DNA from: Chrysomallon squamiferum
Lineage: Eukaryota > Animalia > Mollusca
Direction: 5' to 3'
Length of the DNA stretch: 64,000 nt
Assembly (NCBI GenBank): GCA_012295275.1
Contig: CM022673.1
Location: 12,896,001 to 12,960,000 of the forward strand
Part shown: piece by piece, positions 54,701 through 64,000 of the stretch
Layout: every line of letters starts with the position of its first letter
Numbering within the stretch: the first letter of the stretch is position 1
Notes under the pieces: model-generated
What the model was told of the DNA's origin: nothing
What the model saw: only the letters and a program-made list of their open reading frames with translations
The model's database searches: none
Translations under genes and position numbers: made by a program

Positions 54701-54882
54701 AAAAACTTCAAAAGAGTGAATATCCTCACCATGTGCTAGAATCATATGTTAGAAAACACGAACCTCATTATGACAGTGTGCCAAGGGATCAAACACTCGG
54801 TATGTTTCGTAAAATGTTTAAGGAAAGGCTTACACATGTAACCAATTGGATTAATGAATGTGAATCGCGTGCTAAGAGGTAA
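46687..54882 (+). CDS. FJX1: Four-jointed box protein 1-like secretory-pathway (Golgi) kinase; joined CDS 46687-47317, 50582-50758, 51238-51418, 52065-52229, 54456-54882 (1581 nt, 526 aa)
   Basis: Five exons join in frame through GT-AG introns (phases 1,1,2,2). The protein has an N-terminal signal anchor (FFTAFFFTFCFVLLLNVMI) and Fj-family motifs DGLYWSDEVEKLVPKG, CGRLKNG...CARYR, GEVMSFYLS, QWGSMVVFDYLTGNYDR and LIDNESGLLDAY (the DNE catalytic motif). Family assignment is strong; 1:1 orthology to FJX1 is not established. Confidence 0.9.
50582..50758 (+). CDS. FJX1: Four-jointed-like kinase, coding exon 2
   Basis: Poly-T acceptor ttttag|GA, donor TAG|gtatat; encodes GMSKNEALKW...CGRLKNGFVVMTNGVKLCARYRHPYNKMVL. 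Confidence 0.9.
51238..51418 (+). CDS. FJX1: Four-jointed-like kinase, coding exon 3
   Basis: Acceptor aattag|GT, donor TT|gtaagt; encodes GEVMSFYLSLMLKMDNVPAALL...YVALIQWIDNLDFH. Confidence 0.9.
52065..52229 (+). CDS. FJX1: Four-jointed-like kinase, coding exon 4 (absent from the ORF track)
   Basis: Acceptor ttttcag|T, donor CAG|gtaagt; encodes SHVRIPALLFDMY...IIQWGSMVVFDYLTGNYDR. Confidence 0.92.
54456..54882 (+). CDS. FJX1: Four-jointed-like kinase, terminal coding exon
   Basis: Acceptor tttatag|A; encodes VASMQDG...FWLIDNESGLLDAY...CIFQRSLV...ECESRAKR*, stop TAA 54880-54882. Confidence 0.92.
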
Positions 54883-57358
54883 CAAAGAGTTTTCATTTAA
54901 ATCACTTAATATCAATATTAAATTCCAAGTTACAAATGTTGGAATCTCAAATATATTACAAAAATAAATATCAAATAAAAAAGATAGTTACAATAAAATA
55001 TATATATTGAGGTGTTAAAAAAATAATTATGGGAATTAATTAGGATCTTCATCACAGTTCTTCAGTTTAATAACGTTCTTATTCCAGAAAACAAAATATG
55101 CCATGGAAAGAACAATTAATCCTGAAATTATATAAAAATAATTGTTGAATATTAAATATTATAATCTAAACTTAATCTAGACATACCTCTACATTTTAAT
55201 TCAGATCCTAAAGAAATTTAAAATTATATAAAAATAAATTAAAATCAGAACAATTCAGATGAAATTCAACCTAAAATAGTTTATATTTTTCAGTACAAAC
55301 TTTTTAAATTTGGTTTTAAAAGATAACAATTGAAGTCTGAATAATAAGATAAATAATATTAAATTCCTAAAACACAGTAACTGAGATTCCATTTCATTTA
55401 CATCTACAGCGATCTGGTCCTAGTCACTGGCATATTTTATGATAAAAAAAACAAAGGAGAAACAAAAGGTGCCATGTAATTGAAATCCATCATTTGATCA
55501 TTAGTCCCATCATTTTATGATACATAAAAAATCTTACATTGTCATTTTTCAGTTTTAATTTTTACTGTATAAATGATAATCATAAATCCTCTTAGGGTTT
55601 TCTTTTTATAAATATTTGTCATAAATGGGACCATGGTTAAATTTTGCATTGGCAAAAGTTACTGATGCATTATTCTAAAAAAATTCTTTAAATATTTTTC
55701 TGTGATGTTTGAATGTAAAAGATCTTTTAGCCCAACATTTTTTAGAAATGTGGTGCAAATCAAATTTAACTTATCTTTTTTGTATGGTGTTTGAAGTTTA
55801 TGAACTAATGCCAGCTTTAAAATTGTTATATTTTGTTTATATTTTATATTTTTATGTTCGTCTTAAAAAAAATATAAAGTAAATTTCATACATTTATAAA
55901 TATTTTATTCTTTAAACATGAAATGAATGTGAATTCAAAAACAAAGTCATTTAGTATATTAGCCAAGTTGATAAGTATGTTTTCATATTCAGATTTTACT
56001 GTTTTTGCTGTTTTAATTTTTTATTGTCATTATTTTTTTCTCTTCCTAACAGATTAAAAAAGAATGTAATGTTTTACATTAAGGATTTTAAATTGTTTCC
56101 TTTAACTGCTGTTATGACAGAATTTTTTTTGTTATTGTTTCATAAGTTGGGTTATTTTATTGTGTATTATTTTTCATTTCATTTTTCTTCATTTGAAAGA
56201 AAACAAAACTATATTTGAAAACTTTGAAAACAAATAATTATTTCTGTTTAAAATACTTGTTTGATTTAATAAAGTTACTTGAATTTCTAAAAAAAAAAAA
56301 AAAAAACAAAAATATATACTCTGACATAAGTTCTTCAGGGTGTAAATGAGATTTTAACATCTACATTATATAATTTGATGGTTTATAATTAATATATTTT
56401 ATTCTATGTTCAGTCTTTTGTATTTATATTCTGATACTTTTTGTTGCAAATGACTTCATTGTTCACTTGTTAAATTGTTGTTACTGTTTATTAAACAATT
56501 CATCTGTTTTTATTGTCTGTTTTATTTAATAAAAATGTACAGCTGTAAATGAATTAAATGCTGAGTATAGCACTGGACAGTTATTTTAAAAAAGTCAACA
56601 ACCAAAAAAAAAAAAAAAAAAAAAATAAATGAAATAAAAAACATAAAACAATCATAAATCAATAAAAATAGTTAACAAACAGTGAGCCAGTGATGGTTTA
56701 AAAGTTAATATTTGCTTCAAATCATATTTTTCTAATGATAAAACATCAGCATGAGATATTACATAGATATCTTCAGAAAAATCTGCACTATAAAAGATCA
56801 TAGTCCACCCAGTTATGGAGTAATGGTTGGAACTTGAGAAGACATACAGATCTTTATGATCAAAGCTGATTTTAACATAAAAGAATATTTCATTATTACT
56901 TCGTATTGCCTTTTGAACAACATGAAAAATTCAGACTGATATATAAACAACTAGCTTTCCATTATGCATTTATTTTTTATTTTTACAACGACAACTAATG
57001 CTCGCAATAAAATTGGGAAAAAAAAATTTCCATTTTATATTTTTTAGTCATTTATTTTATAATAAAACTAATTTAAAAAAAAAAATAAATAAATAAATAA
57101 AAAAGCTGCAAAATTGTAAAATAAATCTTAATAAAGTAAGAATCACTTGAACATTTTCAAACTGATACCTCAGTTGTACAGTCATTTTATAAAGAAAATA
57201 GTAACAGGTATGAACAAATAGCACTATGCAAAAAGAATGTTAAACATATATTACTTCTTTGCATTAAGATATTTTCTGAATTTTCTATCAAATTATGATG
57301 GCAAGATAGAGTTCTCTGGAAAATCTGATGTACTGAAAACTGCTATATTACACTTCAA

Positions 57359-57391
<33 letters not shown>

Positions 57392-58187
57392 TACAGATAG
57401 AGAGAGAGAGAGAGAGAAAGAAAATCATAACAATAAACAAGTCATAAAAATTTTGAAAATAAAAAAAAGATTAAAATGCAGGAATGCTTAGAAGCTATGT
57501 TAATCATTAAAAATTTTAAAAACCAAAATGTTTAAAAAAGTTATTTACTTCCAAATAGTTATAAAAATGCAGTAAATATTTCTTACTACTCAAAAACAAA
57601 AGCAATGTTCAATGAATGGTGGTATGAATAAAAAGTCTAAACATATGGAAACTAATTTACTATTTTTTTTTTTTCTAAATAAAAACCTTTTATAATAATA
57701 ATAATAAAGAATACAATAATACAAAGCTAACAGGATGCTGCTATTAACCCTTTCCTTTTTAAAATTTTGTAAACTAAAATAGGAAAAAAATCCCTGTGAG
57801 CCAGCTACTTTGCTATGATTTACAGCTTATTTTACTTTAAAATTTCAGCATATAAAATGATATCATTAGACAACTGATGAGAGCTTATATACCTTATTTA
57901 ATGGTCATAATTAACTAAATGCAATTGCACTTAGGCTGAAATATAAAAGTAATTTCCAAACCTCCAACATGTACATATAAGATATTTTTTATTATCAAGG
58001 TACTCTGCCAGCTAAGTTTTCTGCATCACAATTGTCTGTCATAAAGAGTTCTTGCAAATTTCCTTCTCAACATCAAATTTCACTCATTTCTTCAAAAAAC
58101 TATTTTAATATTTTAGTAAAGAACTGGAACTAGGTACATTAGTCTTCAGGTAACAAATATAATTTCTTGTACATTGGAGAGATTGTT

Positions 58188-58228
58188 TCACTTCACATCC
58201 TCCAGGCTAACAATAAATTTCCATTCTT
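58188..58228 (-). CDS. THYN1: THYN1 terminal coding exon
   Basis: tttttcag|AA; encodes EEWKFIVSLEDVK*, matching the THYN1 C-terminal EE(F/W)xFI pattern. Confidence 0.88.
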
Positions 58229-61200
58229 CTGAAAAATACAACAGTAAACAAGTATGCATACATAATACAGACACATACATACATACATACATACATACAT
58301 ACATACACATAGACATACATTCAAAAGAACACATGCATTCATATATCAATTCATGCATAATAAATAAAAATAAAAAATAGTAATATTGTAAGGTGTGTCA
58401 AGTAATTTTTTAATCCTAGAATGAGAGAAAACACACTGCTTTCACAGTATGCAGTCTCTACAATTGTGAAAATTACCAGAGACAAAAAATAATAATAATA
58501 ATAAAATAAAAATAAAATAAAATAAAATAAAATAAAATAAAATAAATAAATAAAATTAATAATAATAATAATTAATTTTGTTTTTTTAAATTAAAAAAAT
58601 TATAATATTGAATGAAACAAGAACAAAATTAATACGGAATTAAAAATTTTGGCACACTGAACTGTATGTTTTTTTGCTTGTGCTATCTTAACTGACACTA
58701 TCTCTCACACAAAGAATAAATGAATGTTTAATGACATCCCAGCATGACAACCATTGTTCAGATTAGCTATTAGATGTCAAACAGAGGTATAAAATTTATT
58801 AATATAAAATCAAATATAAAATTAAATATAAATAATTTATAAATTTATAAAATTTAGAATAATTTACATGCAAAAACTGTTTATATTAAAAAACAATATG
58901 GACTTTATTACTTAAACAAAATACTAATAAGACTTTTTATAGTCTGATAATTAGTAAAATGATATAAAAAGTTCAAAACTGATCAAATAATTTACATTTA
59001 GAAAAATACGATTTCTAAGATGTTATCAATAAGATTTTTTACAGTTTGATACTTAAATTATAATCACCTTCAGTAAGAGGTTGCACTGAAAGTCTAGCCC
59101 TGGTAAAAAGAGAGATGTTTTTCAGTGGTCCACCTGTCTCTTTGTGTTGAAGATGTAACGTTTTCAGTTCTGACAGTGGAATGTATCTTTTCAAATCTCG
59201 TACATACTTCACATCAACCATACACCAGCGAGGGTTATCTTTCTTAGCTGAGCTGTAATAATTATACCCATAAAATATCTAACGTATATCTGAATTATAT
59301 TTAACAAGTATGATGTTACATAAAAAATAAACCCCACCCTATAAAAAACAAACATAACTAAAATAATTCTGATACACATTAATTTTTTAATTTTTTTAAA
59401 AAAATAATAATAAATGAAGCTAATGCTACTCAGTCTTATAGGAGTTTTGTAAACACAAAATGTCAACAGTTTGAAAATGTTATTTTTAACACACACACAC
59501 ACACACAAATTTAACGAATTCATATAGTGGTCATAAAAAAAAAAAATTGTTTGTACACATCCAAATAAATGTTCTGTTTGTTTTTAAATCTTCAGTTATT
59601 AATACATACAGCAATTTTACCAGTGACATACTTAGGAATAATAAAAATATATATAAAAAAAGTTGTAAATCATTAGCTATGTTGCCCTATCTTTCATCCA
59701 TTTTTCATTTTTCATTTTTCTTTCTTCTTTTTTCAATTTATTTTTATTACATTGCTACATTATTATATCATTAATACATACAAAAAAGAACAGCTTACCT
59801 ATTTTATTACCAGCAAAGAATTATTTTGATATAAATAAAATAATCACTTGGAAATATATAATTATTTAACTACACAGATACACTTAAAAATAAAATTACT
59901 ATATACCTGTCATAATAAGGACTCTTTGAATCAAACTGTGTGTGGTCTGGATACCCCTCTTTAACTATCTGAATTAAAAGATCATTTCTCATTAAACTGT
60001 TTTCTTCTTTCATAAATGTAAACAAATTATTATTAAATATTAAAATATAAATTTGATCATTAAAGAAGTAAGTAGTTAAAATAAATAAATAAATAAATGA
60101 AGTAAACACTTTCAAAAGTCATGGACAGTAAATTGCTATTCCGATAATTTAAAATCAAATCAAAATTATGCTGCATTTTTAATAGAATATTAATTAAATC
60201 ATCTGAGGAATAAAACAACAAACTTGACCACAAAATACCTCACAAATTCCTGCAATTCCTGGTTCTTTACAGTTGCTGTGATAAAAAAATACCTGGTGAC
60301 CAATTTTCATCTGGTCTCGCATAAAATTTCGTGCCTGGAAAAAAATAAAAAAGAAGATAATAAATAGATATTAAAATTAAATTATATAATGTATTTTTTA
60401 AGAAAAAAATTAAAACATACTTTAAGAAACAACAGAATTTAAAAATGTAAGAGAAGTGAAATTATTAAATGGGTTTCAGGGTCACTGAAATTTCTTTTAC
60501 ATTAATTTTGCTCTAACTACTTGAATTAAGAACAAACTACACTGTAATGCTATGTGATAATTACAATATTAATACTGATTTTCAGTGATACAGTCTAATT
60601 ATGTGCAAATTTCTATCTTATTATCATGTCATTGGTCAAATGATATTATACAATTCAAACCCATATTGAACTATCCTTTCTGTGAACTCACTACAATTAG
60701 GTATTGCTGGTTTTTGGGTGTGTAATTAATTAAGCAAATAAAAAAATCAATATTTATTAGTTTTGTCTGTTGTTACCTGAGGCAGGAAATGATTTGATGT
60801 AATGCCACAAACTCCAAGACTTTTACTAGGAATGGATAATTTATACACATCTTATTAAATTCAGGTAAGCATTTACGAAACACTTTAATACATGTAATGT
60901 TCTCAGGTGCATAAAATAGTTCAGTGGGCGTACAGTGCAGTGAAATAATAGAAAAAAAATCCATTTGAACCTCTTTGTTTTTATACTGTTCTTTGTTGTT
61001 ATTATTTAATTATTTATCTATTATTATATATATTTATTATTATTAAAGTTATAGTTATTTTTATTAGTAGTAGTAGTAGTAGTAATTTTATCATTATCAT
61101 CATAATTATTATTGTTATCATTATTGTTATTATTATTGTTAATAATAATAATATTATTGTTGTTGTTATTTCAGTCATTTTCTAATGTTTTGTAATATTT

Positions 61201-61746
61201 AAATTATAAATAGTAAAATGAACCTGGTAATTTCTGACACCATCCCAGCATGCAGTTTGATTTGGCTCTTTTTTCAAGTCTTCCAACCCAAACTGAAAAA
61301 AAGTTAATTAGTGAGTTTTTAATAAAATTAAATATGGAAAGAACTGATGCATCAGTCTAAATGAGTTGTTATTGTTATATATTATAAATTAATATGCACA
61401 TAGGTTTTATTTGTGATTTGTGTGTTTACACGGGTATATACTGATGTAAGTAATCAATATGTGTGAAAAACCCCTAAAAAAAACACACCCAGCAAACATG
61501 TTATTAATATAATTTTAAAAATAAAAACAATAATAATAATAAGAAGATGAAGTCACCTTGACATCTACTCCTTTTTCAATACGACTTTCTGGCTCTGATT
61601 TCATTAACCAGTGTTTGTATGTTGCTGAAACTTCTGAACGTTTTGAAATCTTTGCCTTTTTTAAACTGGCAATCCCATCACCTTCTGAAGATATATATCA
61701 AAACATGCATATTCTCAATCTAAAAAACAATATTAGTCTTACAGAG

Positions 61747-61834
<88 letters not shown>

Positions 61835-62139
61835 TGCAATACTGTTTTAATAATAACTTGCTTTAAATTAAATAAAATAAAAAATGTTAAAGGTTTTTAT
61901 ACATTTTCGAAATTTCAGTGATAAAAAGAAAAAATTGAAATAAAACTACTGATTCACTGCAAACGTGACAGCTGATCATCAAAAATATTTCCAAGTCATT
62001 GTCATTGCTAATAATCAAAATTGTTATTAAAAATTTGAATGACACTCTATTAAAATTTTTAATCTGTAATCATTCCGTTTAGAGAGATATTCACTCAATA
62101 TTTACCCATCTGATTAATTCTTTTTCTTTTAGGTGGCAT
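58188..62139 (-). CDS. THYN1: Thymocyte nuclear protein 1 (EVE domain); joined CDS complement(62106-62139, 61557-61684, 61224-61292, 60239-60334, 59907-59968, 59068-59252, 58188-58228), 615 nt, 204 aa
   Basis: Seven exons join in frame with GT-AG introns. Signature motifs: HWLMKSEPESRIEKGVDVKFGLEDLK, CWDGVRNYQARNFMR, FFYHSNCKEPGIAG, YPDHTQFD..SPYYD, NPRWCMVDV, RARLSVQPLTEEEWKFI. Basic N-terminus MPPKRKR is NLS-like. Confidence 0.95.
58719..58790 (+). mobile_element. Short interspersed element fragment (copy 2), in THYN1 intron 6
   Basis: TGAATGTTTAATGACATCCCAGCA...GATGTCAAACAGAGGTA, colinear with 25104-25175. Confidence 0.55.
59068..59252 (-). CDS. THYN1: THYN1 coding exon 6
   Basis: ttacag|C ... 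GAAG|gtgatt; encodes SAKKDNPRWCMVDVKYVRDLKRYIPLSELK...RARLSVQPLTE. Confidence 0.94.
59907..59968 (-). CDS. THYN1: THYN1 coding exon 5
   Basis: attcag|ATA ... AG|gtatat; encodes IVKEGYPDHTQFDSKSPYYD. Confidence 0.93.
60239..60334 (-). CDS. THYN1: THYN1 coding exon 4
   Basis: tttccag|GCA ... GAG|gtattt; encodes ARNFMRDQMKIGHQVFFYHSNCKEPGIAGICE. Confidence 0.94.
61224..61292 (-). CDS. THYN1: THYN1 coding exon 3
   Basis: ttttcag|TTT ... CAG|gttcat; encodes FGLEDLKKEPNQTACWDGVRNYQ. Confidence 0.93.
61557..61684 (-). CDS. THYN1: THYN1 coding exon 2
   Basis: ttcag|AA ... AAG|gtgact; encodes ...YKHWLMKSEPESRIEKGVDVK. Confidence 0.92.
61751..61832. repeat. (AG)n microsatellite in THYN1 intron 1
   Basis: Direct reading. 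Confidence 0.95.
62106..62139 (-). CDS. THYN1: THYN1 coding exon 1 (MPPKRKRINQM)
   Basis: ATG at 62139, donor G|gtaaat, phase 1 matches the next exon; lies in the CpG-enriched promoter region. Confidence 0.8.
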
Positions 62140-62350
62140 ATTTCGATTTTGATTTTCCCTCGCTCCGTTCAGTATGTCACGTCCTATAAATAAGATGTAT
62201 AGCATTTTGCGCATGCGTAGATTGTGAAGCATTCCAAGATGGAGTTGTTGTGTCCGTTGCGACGTTCGTTTTTGTAGCGTTGGAATGACTGTGTTTTATG
62301 TTTTAAATGACAAATATGACAGCGACAAGAACCTGTTGATGCTTCATGGT
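62140..62350. promoter_or_regulatory. Bidirectional promoter (THYN1 on -, unknown gene on +), probably including a non-coding first exon of the + gene
   Basis: Local CpG enrichment; NRF1-like TGCGCATGCGTA 62208-62219; YY1-like CAAGATGG 62235-62242; GTCACGTC 62176-62183; candidate donor ATG|gtattt at 62348/62349. Confidence 0.65.
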
Positions 62351-62753
62351 ATTTTAATGTATTTATTATTATATAGTTTAGTAACTTATTTTAAAAATAA
62401 TTCATTACCGGGATGTTATTAGTTGGTTGTTATGGAAGAATTAGACTGCGTTCAACTTGTTTTTACTAAAGGTATACACAAAATTTTTAGCGTAAACATT
62501 TTACTTTTATTATAATAATTAAAAATATATATTTTTTCAGTAAGAGAGCAAAGTTTATCTTTATCACAAGTGTTAACACTTAAAATATAGAATGACATTT
62601 TGTGTCGGATTTTCAAGCTCAATTTACCACTTCTTTAAGTAAATAAAATATACCTTATTTAAATTTCGTGGTAGTTAAATAATTTAATTTTATAGGTAAT
62701 CTTCAACAATTACAGCATAAAAATCTGTATGTAAAATCATAAAAATATATACA

Positions 62754-62757
<4 letters not shown>

Positions 62758-62832
<75 letters not shown>
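62758..62832. repeat. (GT)n microsatellite
   Basis: Direct reading. Confidence 0.95.
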
Positions 62833-62833
<1 letters not shown>

Positions 62834-63435
62834 GACCTATGTTAATGCCACGTTTTTAATTACTCATTTAATAATAATAATCATTTTTTGAAATGAAATA
62901 TGTGTGCATGACTTAGAGATTAATGTTTAACCATGGAAATATTAAAACAAAGATATTCTTGAATTTTGATGCAGAAATATATTCAATGAATTAATGGGGT
63001 CTGAACAGCTCCACATGCTTCCATTGTGTAAAAAAAACTTTAACATTTTTTAAAATTATTACTTATTTTATAGTACCATGTCAAAGAGTCATCATTAACT
63101 GATAGAAAAACTTTATTCAAAATTGGTACTTATGTACAAATTTTGGCAGATCAACCCTTCGTTTATCAATTGTTATTTACATTGATATAAATTCCACAAA
63201 AAAATGTCAGCTATTTAATTCACATCATTAGACCTAGGAATTTTTTTACTTACTGTAAGTCTGTCATTTTGGACTGCTGAAATAGCCAAGTGCTATCATT
63301 ATAATTATTTTAATTATTTTATAATTTGTTCTTAACTCTAATTTTGTATTTATTTTGTAGGTGTGATGTTTACTGGTAGATTTTTATGAAATTGCAAATA
63401 GGCAATTCATGATCTGTGTTTTCATATACATTTAA

Positions 63436-63470
63436 ATGGCTTTAGCTCAGAATGCTCTTCAGATGCAAAG
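63436..63470 (+). CDS. Unidentified gene, first coding segment (MALAQNALQMQ) within exon 63361-63470
   Basis: Acceptor ttttgtag|63361; ATG in context TAAATGG (A at -2, G at +4) preceded by an in-frame stop; donor AAG|gtgaga; phase 2 joins the next exon. Confidence 0.7.
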
Positions 63471-63829
63471 GTGAGATCTTGTTGTAGAATGTACAATATT
63501 GTGTTATTTCAATTTAAATTGATTCAGATTTTGTCACGATTTCAATCATTCATTGCTAGATTTAGTCATAATTAATTAAAGATGTATAATTTAAGTATGA
63601 AAGGATTAAATTTATTTGTTAAATGTTTTTATTCTCTGTCAGTGCTAGCTAATACATTTATACAACTTCTCTTATCTTTGGACTTCACCATGTATAAATT
63701 TGGTCTTGAAAATGTTTTTCTTTTTTTCAAATACATATACTTTGAATGTTATTTATTTACTTACCATCTATTGCTAATATAAGAGTATATTGTTTATTTT
63801 TTAAATTAGTTTGTTTATTTTATTTGTAG

Positions 63830-63986
63830 TGTCTACAACATGGAACCCAATCTGCAGATTCCAGGCACAGGTCTTGCTCGAGGAGTGCATATCACTGAGT
63901 ACAAAGAAACCAGGATCAACCCCAACCCACTGGTTTTTGAGGAATCAGATCTGCTTATGGAACAGTACTTATCCCCCAGTAAATTG
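63830..63986 (+). CDS. Unidentified gene, second coding exon (gene continues beyond the window)
   Basis: Acceptor tttgtag|T, donor TTG|gtaaac; GC-richer open frame SVYNMEPNLQIPGTGLARGVHITEYKETRINPNPLVFEESDLLMEQYLSPSKL. Family not recognised. Confidence 0.75.
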
Positions 63987-64000
63987 GTAAACTATTTTTT

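Noticed and set aside
54308-54745. 145-aa minus-strand ORF
   Set aside because: Antisense shadow of the kinase terminal exon; 47044-47247 (-) and 61558-61752 (+) are likewise shadows of real exons.
62239-62277. ATG at 62239 as the start of the + gene
   Set aside because: The frame closes after 12 codons (MELLCPLRRSFL*) before any donor; it is more likely a YY1-type motif or a uORF.
1-64000. Autonomous transposon, viral or horizontally acquired prokaryotic system
   Set aside because: No reverse transcriptase, transposase, integrase or operon-like long ORFs appear on either strand.

Overview
AT-rich, intron-containing eukaryotic (animal) DNA full of microsatellites, degenerate minisatellites and decayed short interspersed repeats. 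The repeat style suggests a mollusc/lophotrochozoan, but that is inference. Nearly all ORFs in the supplied track are simple-repeat artefacts. Three spliced protein-coding genes were assembled by hand with consistent GT-AG phases: (1) a four-jointed (FJX1/Fj-like) Golgi kinase on + with 5 coding exons (46687-54882, 526 aa); (2) THYN1 (EVE domain) on - with 7 coding exons (62139-58188, 204 aa); (3) the first two coding exons of an unidentified + gene (63436 to beyond 63986) that lies head-to-head with THYN1. The first ~45 kb has no credible coding exon but holds several CpG-enriched islands ending in + strand splice donors, possibly alternative first exons of the four-jointed gene. The most unusual signals are a chain of three stop/start-coupled uORFs running into the start codon of the unknown gene, a GC-rich structured island at ~42.6 kb ending in a hairpin plus oligo-U, homotypic TGACA clusters, and an intron-rich four-jointed paralogue with a long acidic stem. 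No CRISPR, rRNA, tRNA gene or autonomous transposon was seen, and no new biological system is demonstrated.
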